The notes: generated by a model from the letters alone, not told the origin. Shown: positions 54,433 through 63,267, counted from the stretch's first letter. The stretch is 64,000 nt of DNA from an uncultured Clostridia bacterium (GCA_947589475.1 CANQBO010000003.1:2837-66836); one strand, 5' to 3'. Made by a program: numbers and translations.

Positions 54433-55806
54433 ATGATACATTGTTTTAAACAGGGCGGATACAACATAGTGCTCGACGTGGCAAGCGGAAGCGTGCATGT
54501 CGTGGACGACGTCGCTTACGATATGATAGAGGCGTTTGAGGGCACGCCAAAGGACAGCCTCAAGGCGCGGATATTGCAAAAATACGCATCTCGGGGCGTG
54601 ACGGAGCAAGACTTCGAGGAGTGCTACGGGGACATCCTCGCGCTGAAAGACGAGGGCAAGCTGTTCAGCGAAGATACTTTCAAGCCAAACGTCGAGGCGC
54701 TTGCAAAGCGTAGTCCCGTCATAAAGGCGCTGTGTCTGCACGTCGCGCACACCTGCAATCTCGATTGCGAATATTGTTTTGCCGCGCAGGGCAAGTATCA
54801 CGGCGAGCGGGCGCTTATGAGTTTCGAAGTGGGCAAGCGCGCGCTGGACTTCCTCATAGAGTCAAGCGGAACGAGGCACAACCTCGAAGTCGACTTTTTC
54901 GGCGGGGAGCCGCTGATGAATTTCGACGTCGTAAAGAGGCTTGTGGAGTATGCGAGAAGCGTCGAGAAGGAGCATGACAAACATTTCCGCTTTACGCTCA
55001 CCACAAACGGCATGCTGATAGACGACGACGTCATAGATTTCGCAAATCGCGAGATGGACAACGTCGTGCTCTCCCTCGACGGCAGAAAGGAGGTCAACGA
55101 TCGTTTTCGAAAGACCGTCGGCGGAGTGGGAAGCTTTGACATCATCGTGCCCAAATTCAAAAAGCTGGTGGACGCGCGCGGGGACAAAAGCTACTATATG
55201 CGCGGCACTTTCACGCACTTCAACCCCGACTTCACCAACGACATCCAAACTATGCTCGACCTCGGCTTCGACGAGCTGAGTATGGAGCCTGTCGTCTGTC
55301 CGCCTACGGACAAGTACGCCCTCACCGAGGAGGATAAACCTATTTTGTATGAGCAATACGAGAAGCTCGCGGACATGATGCTTGAGCGTAGAAGGCAGGG
55401 CAGACCCTTCACGTTTTATCACTATATGCTCGACCTCGAGGGCGGCCCGTGCGTATACAAGCGCGTTTCGGGGTGCGGAAGCGGCACGGAGTATCTCGCC
55501 GTCACTCCCACGGGCGAGCTGTATCCCTGTCATCAATTTGTTGGCGATCCCGACTTCCTCATGGGCGACATTTGGAAGGGCGTGACAAGGATGGATATAC
55601 GCGACAAATTCAAGAGTTGCAACGCCTATTCTCGTCCCGAGTGCGCCGATTGCTGGGCGAGGCTGTATTGCTCGGGCGGGTGCGCCGCCAACGCCTACAA
55701 AGCGACGGGCGACATTCAAGGCACCTATCGCTACGGGTGCGACCTCTTCAAAAAGCGCGTCGAGTGCGCCATCATGCTCAAAGCCGCCGAAGCTTTAAAG
55801 CAATGA
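54433..55806 (+). CDS. scfB: Radical SAM/SPASM thioether-forming SCIFF maturase
   Basis: CNLDCEYCF (CX3CX2C) and C-terminal SPASM cysteines (CGSG..., CHQF, CADCWARLYCSGGCAANA). It lies immediately downstream of scfA. Confidence 0.9.
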   Translation: MIHCFKQGGYNIVLDVASGSVHVVDDVAYDMIEAFEGTPKDSLKARILQKYASRGVTEQDFEECYGDILALKDEGKLFSEDTFKPNVEALAKRSPVIKALCLHVAHTCNLDCEYCFAAQGKYHGERALMSFEVGKRALDFLIESSGTRHNLEVDFFGGEPLMNFDVVKRLVEYARSVEKEHDKHFRFTLTTNGMLIDDDVIDFANREMDNVVLSLDGRKEVNDRFRKTVGGVGSFDIIVPKFKKLVDARGDKSYYMRGTFTHFNPDFTNDIQTMLDLGFDELSMEPVVCPPTDKYALTEEDKPILYEQYEKLADMMLERRRQGRPFTFYHYMLDLEGGPCVYKRVSGCGSGTEYLAVTPTGELYPCHQFVGDPDFLMGDIWKGVTRMDIRDKFKSCNAYSRPECADCWARLYCSGGCAANAYKATGDIQGTYRYGCDLFKKRVECAIMLKAAEALKQ

Positions 55807-56061
55807 CCTGTTTATCGTCAGCACCGCAAAAAAATATAATAATAGCTGAAAAATAAATGCCAAAAGGGTATAGTCCAAAGGCGATAGCAAAAAATTTGAT
55901 ATGATTTTAATGCCCGACAGAGTCGTTTTCTTATTCGGGAGCGGCAACTGTTCATGCGCCCTTACTTGCGTCGCTTTTGAAAACGCATGGTTGTTTGCGA
56001 CGATCAAACAGTTTAAGCGCATTTAGATACAACATCCGCACAATATATGACGGCAAAATTT

Positions 56062-56087
56062 AAGGGCGACTCGCATGAGTCGCCCTT
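56062..56087. terminator. Hairpin between convergent scfB and the GDPD gene
   Basis: AAGGGCGACTC-GCAT-GAGTCGCCCTT has an 11-bp stem and only weak T-tracts on both sides. Confidence 0.55.
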
Positions 56088-56138
56088 GATCTTTGTCTTA
56101 TTTAACTTTTTACGGCGTTTAAATTGTAGATTTTGTTA

Positions 56139-57098
56139 TTACAAATTATATTCTTTTTTGATCTCGTCCTGCATGCGGAAGTCGGATGTGATGATGTCCG
56201 CATGAAATTCATAGGCGTGAAGGACGGCGTTGCGCGCCTTGTTGATCGTCCAGACGTTGACCTCTCTGCCCGCTTTGTGCATAGCCTCGACGTCCGACTT
56301 CGTGATGAACATGCCGTTGATGCCGACGTCCATCTTGAGACTTATCAGCGTGTTCAGTTTTGCTTTGCGGTTGGAGCCGGGCACATCCTTCGTCGGACCG
56401 ACGTTGTAGAGATACCAAAGACCGACCGTATCGTTTTTCGAGCGCAAATACTCGAGGAGGCGGAAATGGAAGGAGATGATCCTGACCTGCGAGAAATCGC
56501 CGTTTGTGCTCTCGGAAATTCTGTCGAGCAGTTGATCCATAGCGGTCTCCGTCATATTTTTGTCTTTCAGCTCGACGAGAGCGACTTTGCCGCCGCCGAT
56601 GACGATGCTGAGATATTCGTCAAGCGAAGGCGCCAACTCGCCGTTGGGTGCGTCCTCGAGAGGAGTGCTTGTCGCTGTAGCCATCGGGACCTTTGAAACA
56701 TCCTTTATGCCCTTCAATGCGTCGCCGTCGTGCATGCAGACGAAGTCGCCGTCGCTTGTCACCCAAACGTCGGTTTCGACCGCCCATACGCCGTCGTATG
56801 CCGCCGCAAGTCTGAAAGCTTCGGCGGTGTTTTGATACGCCTCGGCAGACAAGCCTCTGTGCGCGACAAATCTCACGGGATCGTCCGACGCCTGTCTTTC
56901 GGCATACGCCTTGACCGCCTTGTCGATGTGCGATTTTGTGTAGGTGGCAAAGCGGCCGTCGTTGATCCAGCCGAAGACCAATGACACGGCGACCACCGCG
57001 ATGACGAGTACGATCGACAAAACGCTTATCCAGACTTTTGTCGATTTTTTCATTTTCTTCTTGCCGCCGTCGGTGGCGGCATTTTCTGATTTTTTCAT
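56139..57098 (-). CDS. Membrane-anchored glycerophosphodiester phosphodiesterase (GDPD family)
   Basis: N-terminal TM segment VWISVLSIVLVIAVVAVSLVF. Motifs: FVAHRGLS...NT.EAF and VETDVWVTSDGDFVCMHD. Confidence 0.85.
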   Translation of the reverse strand: MKKSENAATDGGKKKMKKSTKVWISVLSIVLVIAVVAVSLVFGWINDGRFATYTKSHIDKAVKAYAERQASDDPVRFVAHRGLSAEAYQNTAEAFRLAAAYDGVWAVETDVWVTSDGDFVCMHDGDALKGIKDVSKVPMATATSTPLEDAPNGELAPSLDEYLSIVIGGGKVALVELKDKNMTETAMDQLLDRISESTNGDFSQVRIISFHFRLLEYLRSKNDTVGLWYLYNVGPTKDVPGSNRKAKLNTLISLKMDVGINGMFITKSDVEAMHKAGREVNVWTINKARNAVLHAYEFHADIITSDFRMQDEIKKEYNL

Positions 57099-57143
57099 GA
57101 TAATTCCCCCTTAAAATTTTACGCCGTAAACTGCCTCAATCGT

Positions 57144-57187
57144 AAAGTAAATTCAACATGCGACCATTTAAAAGTAAATTCAACATG
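57144..57187. repeat. Two identical 17-nt direct repeats upstream of the GDPD gene
   Basis: AAAGTAAATTCAACATG occurs at 57144-57160 and 57171-57187 (27-nt period), 46-89 nt upstream of the GDPD start codon (minus strand). Confidence 0.9.
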
Positions 57188-57284
57188 TAGCTATTTTATC
57201 CCAATTCGCGCGCAATTTCAAGAGTTGATTTTGTTTTTATAATAATTTCCGTTGTTAATTAAGATATGCTTGCTTTTGCGACAT

Positions 57285-57316
57285 AAGAAAAGCGGTTTGA
57301 CAGCCTCAAACCGCTT
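57285..57316 (-). terminator. Rho-independent terminator of the DUF975 gene
   Basis: AAGCGGTTTGA-CAGCC-TCAAACCGCTT, followed by TTTTCTT on the minus strand. Confidence 0.7.
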
Positions 57317-57381
57317 ATTGACGAAAATACTTATGAAAGACGCACGGACGGCGGGTCTTTGATGTGTTTTTGAAGTTGTCG

Positions 57382-58251
57382 TTATGCTTTACAGCTGTCC
57401 TTTAGCTCCATATACAATTTTGCGTATGCAGTTTGATAATACGGGTCGACATACAGTATCAAAATGCCGAATGTCATAACAGTCAAGATCGCCCAACCCA
57501 AAAAACTCAAATTGAGTAAGAAAAATTTTTTGAAATTTTTCGAGACGATTTTGAAGGCGCTTATTACGCCTTGTTTTGCCGTCGGATCCTCACGGTCTAT
57601 CATCAAAAAGTAGACCGTCTTATCAATGGAGTTTGTCCATATAAAGACAATTGCAAAAATTATCAGCAATAAAAGTGAAAATATCAATGTGAACCATATA
57701 TTGCCGACCAATCGAATTATTGCATACAGCGCGATGAGCGCTCCATATACGACCACTTTAAACAAAAGCAAGATAAGTTGCGTGGCAATGGATTTTTTCA
57801 TATATTTAAAGCCCCTGAAAGTGGAACTTATATCCGACTGTTTTCCGTTTGCAACATCAAGATAGAAGCCCGCAAGACTGCATTTTGTCATTCCGCCTAT
57901 CAAAAGCGGTCCGAAAACAGCCGTAAACAGTATTGAACCGTATTTTACAAGGTTTAAGAGTATGGAGGTCAAAATGGCAAATCCATAATGACCCGACATT
58001 GCATTGTGGGCGGAGCTAAGAATGTCCGAGGTGGTTTGAGGTCGACTCGCCGTATCATCGATATTCGAGATTGCCGTCTGTTCATTGTTCGTATCGACGG
58101 TTGTGGGGGTAGAGTTTCCATCCCAAGCCGAAGGTCCTTCGGTCGTCGGCTGTTTTGGGACCCATTTGTAGTGAGCATTACAATTTTCGCACTTGTACCT
58201 TACGTCGTCTATTTGAGTTAAGGGAGCGCCGCATTTTGGACATTTTTTCAT
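57382..58251 (-). CDS. Zinc-ribbon plus DUF975-family membrane protein
   Basis: N-terminal CPKCGAPL...YKCENCNAHY, followed by a multi-TM region with the DUF975-like motif GFYLDVANGKQSDISSTFRGFK. Confidence 0.7.
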   Translation of the reverse strand: MKKCPKCGAPLTQIDDVRYKCENCNAHYKWVPKQPTTEGPSAWDGNSTPTTVDTNNEQTAISNIDDTASRPQTTSDILSSAHNAMSGHYGFAILTSILLNLVKYGSILFTAVFGPLLIGGMTKCSLAGFYLDVANGKQSDISSTFRGFKYMKKSIATQLILLLFKVVVYGALIALYAIIRLVGNIWFTLIFSLLLLIIFAIVFIWTNSIDKTVYFLMIDREDPTAKQGVISAFKIVSKNFKKFFLLNLSFLGWAILTVMTFGILILYVDPYYQTAYAKLYMELKDSCKA

Positions 58252-58287
58252 AATAGTTCTCCTTTTAAGTTGATGTATAAATTGTAT

Positions 58288-58320
58288 CCTACATTATGTA
58301 GGAAGTCAACAAAATGTAGG
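58288..58320. promoter_or_regulatory. Probable XRE operator: a 15-bp palindrome plus a third half-site
   Basis: CCTACAT-T-ATGTAGG (58288-58302) and ATGTAGG (58314-58320) lie in the divergent region upstream of the HTH gene at 58343. Confidence 0.45.
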
Positions 58321-58342
58321 AATAATATTATATATTGCAACT

Positions 58343-58552
58343 ATGAAGGACAACATTTTCGGTCAGAAATTGAAGCTTATGAGGCTTGAATACGGCTTGT
58401 CCCAAAGAGAACTCGGCGCTAAGCTCGGATATTGCAATCAGACGGTCAGTTTTTGGGAAACGGGACAGCGTGAACCGGATTTGGACGCGCTTGTCAAAAT
58501 TGCCGCATTTTTTGACGTCAGCGTCGATTTTTTGTTGGGTAGGGAAGTGTAG
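58343..58552 (+). CDS. XRE-family HTH transcriptional regulator (69 aa)
   Basis: LKLMRLEYGLSQRELGAKLGYCNQTVSFWETGQREPDLDALVKIAAFFDVSVDFLLG. Confidence 0.85.
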   Translation: MKDNIFGQKLKLMRLEYGLSQRELGAKLGYCNQTVSFWETGQREPDLDALVKIAAFFDVSVDFLLGREV

Positions 58553-58636
58553 GGCATAATTTTTTCGAGTTAAATTCAGAGGTACAGAAATATTTGACCA
58601 AATAAAATTATCATCGTGTCGTATTTTTTTTAAATG

Positions 58637-58760
58637 TAAAACCGCGATATTTGGATGAAGAGCGTGAAATCACCCTTTTTCTGAGTACGAGTGTACTTGT
58701 CGTACATGACGTGAAGAAAAAGGGTGCTGACAAAGCTATTCGCCAAATATCGCGGTTTTA
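58637..58760. repeat. 124-nt three-tier inverted-repeat element abutting the rex stop codon
   Basis: The outer 18-bp arms are perfect: TAAAACCGCGATATTTGG (58637-58654) pairs with CCAAATATCGCGGTTTTA (58743-58760). The middle 11-bp tier is CACCCTTTTTC (58671-58681) with GAAAAAGGGTG (58716-58726). The inner 6-bp tier is GTACGA (58685-58690) with TCGTAC (58700-58705). The internal loops are a symmetric 16 by 16 nt. Confidence 0.9.
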
Positions 58761-59396
58761 ATCTTGGGAGACGAGTTGCATGCGCAAAAGAGCAAGCGAC
58801 GCGGCGAGGTCCTCATGCTTGAGGGCTATGCCCGCGGGCAGGTTGAGGTGTTTTGCGGCGAAGCTCCAGATGGCTTTTATGCCTGCGCTCACCATGAGGT
58901 CGGCGACTTCCTGCGCGGACCCGGAGGGCACTGTTATGATGCCGAGTCTTATGTTGAAGCGTTTGACGAGTTCGGGTAAGCGTGACATCTCGTAGACGGG
59001 TTTGCCGTTGATGGACGTGCCTATGACGGCGGGGTCGATGTCGAAGGCGCAGGTCACATTGAGGCCGTACTTCGCAAAGCCGTCGTATCCCAAAATGGCA
59101 TGACCCAGACCTCCCGCACCCACGAGTATGGCGTCGCGCGTGTTGTGGTAGCCGAGAAAATTTTCGAGGTCGGCGATGAGTTCCTTCGTGACATAGCCGA
59201 GCTTCGGCTTGCCGGGGGAGGTCGCGACAAACGCTATATCCTTGCGCACCTGCACGGGATTGAGGTCCAGCCCCGCCGCGATCATCGTACTCGAGACGGT
59301 CTGCACACCCTTTTTGTCCAGCTCGTAGAGATACCTGAGATATGCGGGAAGCCTGTTCAGCGTCGCCTTTGAAATTTCCGCCTTGTCAAAAGCCAT
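58758..59396 (-). CDS. rex: Redox-sensing transcriptional repressor Rex
   Basis: ATLNRLPAYLRYLYEL...VSSTMIAAGLDLNPVQVRKDIAF and the Rossmann motif LVGAGGLGHAIL. Confidence 0.9.
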   Translation of the reverse strand: MAFDKAEISKATLNRLPAYLRYLYELDKKGVQTVSSTMIAAGLDLNPVQVRKDIAFVATSPGKPKLGYVTKELIADLENFLGYHNTRDAILVGAGGLGHAILGYDGFAKYGLNVTCAFDIDPAVIGTSINGKPVYEMSRLPELVKRFNIRLGIITVPSGSAQEVADLMVSAGIKAIWSFAAKHLNLPAGIALKHEDLAASLALLRMQLVSQD

Positions 59397-59567
59397 TTTA
59401 TACCTCGTAAAACTTTAATCGATAAAAATATAGCGTTTTTGGCGCAAATTGTCAATAAAATAATGGGTGTTTGCGTCAAAATCGATAAAATTTGTAAAAA
59501 TAGTGATGTTTTTCAGTTATCAATCCATACTTCATTTCTCACACGTGCAAACGTAATTAAATAGGGG

Positions 59568-59596
59568 TTGACAAAGCGCCAAAACGGGAATAGAAT
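59568..59596 (+). promoter_or_regulatory. Sigma-A-type promoter for the 59715 gene
   Basis: TTGACA (59568-59573), a 17-nt spacer, then TAGAAT (59591-59596). This leaves a leader of about 115 nt. Confidence 0.5.
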
Positions 59597-59714
59597 ATGG
59601 CTAATCTCGAATTGTATACGAGATCCGTCGAAAAATTGAGAGATTTTTATATTCAAAAACGATTTTTACAGCGGACTATATTATTTGTGACAGATAACAA
59701 AAAGGAGTAAATAC

Positions 59715-60443
59715 ATGAGCAGAACATTAGACTATCTCAAAATAGAGTACCACTATAAGGAATATGAAACGGAGTTTGGTATACTTCTTGATGACGATGA
59801 TGAATATTATTATGTAGATGAGACGCTTGAGATAAATCGGCGCAAACATTCGCTGTCTTATTCTCGAGTCTCGGAAATTGATAAGCAAAGTTATGAATGT
59901 CTGGATATGTACGAAATACCATGGTTTATCGATAATTTCGGCGAGATAGAAGATAAGTATATGGAAGAGGATATGCCTTCCGACTTTGATAAGGAGGAGG
60001 AATATTATCGTATAGAAGCTGTTTATGACGATGGAGAAGATCGACTTATCAGAGGGCACTTTTCAAGACGCTATCTTCCTAAAAATTACTTTGATTTTAT
60101 GAAAAAAATAAGTGATTTTTTGCAAGATCGAGCCAATCTATGTATGTTTATTCGCAAGTGGCAATACTACAGAGAACTTTTGGACGACGAATATTACTAT
60201 GTCAGTGTGAAATTCGGACGGGAAGGGAGAGAGTATTATTATAAAACGAGAATGACAGATCTATCCATAGGCGATAAGGTTTTGGTGCCCGTGCGCGATA
60301 CGCAAACGGTCGCTACCATATCGAATATTGAGATATTCAATAAAGATAATGCGCCTCTTCCGTTTGAAAAGACAAGAGATATAATAGAATTTATTGAAGA
60401 TGATGATTCTGATGAAGATAATGATTCAGACGCCGACAGCTAA
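59715..60443 (+). CDS. Hypothetical acidic Tyr-rich protein
   Basis: AAGGAG precedes the ATG. There is no catalytic motif. The C-terminal segment YYYVSVKFGREGREYYYKTRMTDLSIGDKVLVPVRDTQTVATISNIE resembles a small beta-barrel module common in Firmicute accessory proteins. The tail is poly-D/E/S. Confidence 0.6.
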   Translation: MSRTLDYLKIEYHYKEYETEFGILLDDDDEYYYVDETLEINRRKHSLSYSRVSEIDKQSYECLDMYEIPWFIDNFGEIEDKYMEEDMPSDFDKEEEYYRIEAVYDDGEDRLIRGHFSRRYLPKNYFDFMKKISDFLQDRANLCMFIRKWQYYRELLDDEYYYVSVKFGREGREYYYKTRMTDLSIGDKVLVPVRDTQTVATISNIEIFNKDNAPLPFEKTRDIIEFIEDDDSDEDNDSDADS

Positions 60444-60706
60444 TGTGATTGATTTCTACTATTTTCGTCTGTAGAAATAGAGCTATTTTACATATAAAAA
60501 GTGGTCTTGTCTAAAGATTGAGTTATTTATTCATATTTCAAATTCGTCATCGGGGTTGAGTCGGCTTTTAGGTCGTCAGAGGGGGGTGGATTTTTCGCTT
60601 ATGGGAAGAGCGATGATTTGATTGTATGGACAAACCAAAACGTCCCCATCACTTGAGGGGCAAACAGGCTCAAGTCTACGATACTGCCTCCGCGTCGGAT
60701 TTAAGT

Positions 60707-61252
60707 TTAGCTGTGCTGTCTGAAAAATTCAAGCGAGTACTCGATCTCGGGTATATTGGGGCTGAGTATGACTTTCATTGAATTTATAGTTACGCCGTCA
60801 AAAGTGCCGATGACCAAAATCAAATTGTCCCGAGAATTTGCGCCCGTCATTTCGCGAATGAAACCATTGTCGACAACCAAAGTGAGCACACTTTCATCTG
60901 TATAATTTCCGTCCTTTAGATACTCGAAAAATCTCCACGAGTCCTCTGCCAATAGTTCTATATCGCAATCGTCGCTTATCGTCGGCCGAGAGATGTCGAA
61001 GAGTTTTGGGGCGTCCGTGTGGCAATAGTTGTAAAATTGCTTGTAATCTATTTGGTATGCATTGTATGCCGAATGAAAATATTTGTAAGCGTCCTCAACG
61101 GTATACGCCTTTTTGTCGCCCAGAAGCCGCACTATCTTATCCGCGACTTCGCCGAAAAGTCGCGCGTCAAAGGCATACTCCAAACCCCATTTTTCATATG
61201 CCCATTCTCTTTCGCAAAAGCTGTTTTTCTTGTTGAAAGCGCCTATAAACAT
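60707..61252 (-). CDS. Hypothetical protein (181 aa)
   Basis: GGAGG lies 5 nt before the ATG at 61252, whereas the ORF-track GTG at 61342 has no RBS. I recognise no motif. Confidence 0.55.
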   Translation of the reverse strand: MFIGAFNKKNSFCEREWAYEKWGLEYAFDARLFGEVADKIVRLLGDKKAYTVEDAYKYFHSAYNAYQIDYKQFYNYCHTDAPKLFDISRPTISDDCDIELLAEDSWRFFEYLKDGNYTDESVLTLVVDNGFIREMTGANSRDNLILVIGTFDGVTINSMKVILSPNIPEIEYSLEFFRQHS

Positions 61253-61374
61253 TTTTTCCTCCAAAAAAACATTGCAGAAGTTCTCATTTTTTTTCTCGCC
61301 ATTAAATTCCGCAACTTCAAGTTGTCTTGATCTTATCCGCACATGTTTATGACATCGGCAAGATGGGCGTAAAC

Positions 61375-61698
61375 TTATAAATTGTTCATGTCTTGCATTA
61401 GTTGAAGAAAACTCGCCTTCGCTTCACGGGGAAGGGGACGGAAGGCGCGCAACAGCCGTATTTCTTCGTCGGAAAGTTGAGGTTTGTCGTAATTTATTAT
61501 GCCCGCGTCGTCGCTGTTGCCGATGAGATAATCCACCGAAACGTCGTAAAAGCGGGCAAGCGCAATGAGCTGTTCGATGGACGGCTGCGTTTTTCCGTTT
61601 TCCCAATTGTTGTAGGTCGCCTGACTTATATCGAAGCGTTTCGCAATTGCGCGTTGAGAAATTCCTTTCTCGCCTCTAAGCTCAATAAATCTTATCAT
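61375..61698 (-). CDS. XRE-family HTH transcriptional regulator (107 aa)
   Basis: LRGEKGISQRAIAKRFDISQATYNNWENGKTQPSIEQLIALARFYDVSVDYLIG. Confidence 0.85.
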   Translation of the reverse strand: MIRFIELRGEKGISQRAIAKRFDISQATYNNWENGKTQPSIEQLIALARFYDVSVDYLIGNSDDAGIINYDKPQLSDEEIRLLRAFRPLPREAKASFLQLMQDMNNL

Positions 61699-61746
61699 TT
61701 TTACGCCTCCTATACGAAAAATATAAGGATATTTAATAATTTAGTA

Positions 61747-61775
61747 TTGACAGATTAGTAAATCTTATCTATAAT
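61747..61775 (+). promoter_or_regulatory. Sigma-A-type promoter for the DUF6273 lipoprotein gene
   Basis: TTGACA (61747-61752), a 17-nt spacer, then TATAAT (61770-61775). It is followed by the palindrome ATGATTAA-N5-TTAATCAT (61784-61804). Confidence 0.55.
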
Positions 61776-61818
61776 TGTGCATAATGATTAAAAAACTTAA
61801 TCATAGAGGAGAACAAAA

Positions 61819-63267
61819 ATGAAAAAAATCAAATTTATTTTTATCTTGGCGGCAGTTGTTTTGTCGGTTGCAATGATCTTAGTTGCATGCGACAACGGCG
61901 ACGTTCAAAGCGGGCACACACATGAATATGTCGAGGTAGCGGCGAAAGATCCCACTTGCAGTGAGAGCGGAAACATTATGTATTATACTTGCAAATGCGG
62001 AAAGTATTTTGACAATGATAAAAACGAAATATCATTGTCGGATACCGTACTTGCTCCGACGGGACAGCATACCGAAAGCGGTTGGATAGAAGATTCCGCG
62101 GCGACATGCGAGGCGAAAGCTCGTCATCATAAAGAGTGTACGGTTTGTCATAAACCTTTGGAAAATGAGGAATACGGTGAATTCGCACCGCACAGCTTTG
62201 GCGAATGGAGCATAGATAGCGCAAATTATACATGCGGAGATACGGTGAGTCGCAGCAGACAATGTCAAAATTGCGGGCATAAGGAAACCGAAGACAATTA
62301 TAAAGTTCCGCACGAATGGAATAACGCGGGCAAATGTGACGTATGCGGAAAAGATAAGCCATACGATGAGCGAGGCGGAAAGATATATTTCGGCGAATAT
62401 CCTAAAACGCGAGAGACGGACAACGGCATTGTTGCAACTCTCGCTCAGATGAGCGGAGAAAGACCTGTAAAGGGCAACTCGGGAAAATGGACGGACTATG
62501 GGTATTATTATAAGGGCGCAAAAGAAGAATTTATGTGGTACATAGACCTGGAATATGACGGCGCAAAATATCGCGGTGTTTATTTTGACAAAAACAGACC
62601 GTACATGATAACAGGAACAAGTACATATCAAAAAACCAACGGCTATATGATAAACAACTTGTATTGGTTCAAGTGGGAGCCGATAGAGTGGAACATTCTT
62701 GAGAAAAAGGACGGCGCCGCCTTTTTGATGAGCGGACTCGTGCTTGACAGTCATGAGGTGTATCTAAATGATTCAACTCAACGTACTGTGGACGGCAAGA
62801 CGGTATTCCCGAACAATTACAAGGAGAGTACCATCAGGGCATGGCTGAATGGCGAGTTTTACGATCTGGCGTTTGACGAACTCGATCAAAGCTTGATAAA
62901 TATTACTTTGGTCGACAACGGGGAGACGGCTTCGGGCTGGGACAGAGATGGCAATATCTGCGAGGATACTATGGACAGAGTATTTTTGCTGAGTTATGCA
63001 GACGTCATAAATACAGCGTACGGCTTTGAAGAAGATATACGCGCCGAGGACGCGAAGAGAACGCTTGCAATGACCGACTATGCCAAATGTCAGGGAATAA
63101 AGGTGGAATCCGCATCGCCCGGGTCATGCGGTTGGTGGTTACGCACGCCTGCAAGCGGCACGCCCGATAGTATGGTGATCGTCACGGAAAAAGGAAAAAC
63201 GAATTATTCCTCTACGGTATCGTTTACGCATAGAGGAGTCGTCCCGGCAATTTGGATCACGCTTTGA
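61819..63267 (+). CDS. Lipoprotein with N-terminal His/Cys repeat modules and a C-terminal DUF6273-like domain
   Basis: Signal plus lipobox MKKIKFIFILAAVVLSVAMILVAC. Four H...TC...CxxC(G/H) units follow. The C-terminal part has IEWNILEKKDGAAFLMS..., TIRAWLNGEFYDLAF, VFLLSYADV, WWLRTP and GVVPAIWI. Confidence 0.75.
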   Translation: MKKIKFIFILAAVVLSVAMILVACDNGDVQSGHTHEYVEVAAKDPTCSESGNIMYYTCKCGKYFDNDKNEISLSDTVLAPTGQHTESGWIEDSAATCEAKARHHKECTVCHKPLENEEYGEFAPHSFGEWSIDSANYTCGDTVSRSRQCQNCGHKETEDNYKVPHEWNNAGKCDVCGKDKPYDERGGKIYFGEYPKTRETDNGIVATLAQMSGERPVKGNSGKWTDYGYYYKGAKEEFMWYIDLEYDGAKYRGVYFDKNRPYMITGTSTYQKTNGYMINNLYWFKWEPIEWNILEKKDGAAFLMSGLVLDSHEVYLNDSTQRTVDGKTVFPNNYKESTIRAWLNGEFYDLAFDELDQSLINITLVDNGETASGWDRDGNICEDTMDRVFLLSYADVINTAYGFEEDIRAEDAKRTLAMTDYAKCQGIKVESASPGSCGWWLRTPASGTPDSMVIVTEKGKTNYSSTVSFTHRGVVPAIWITL

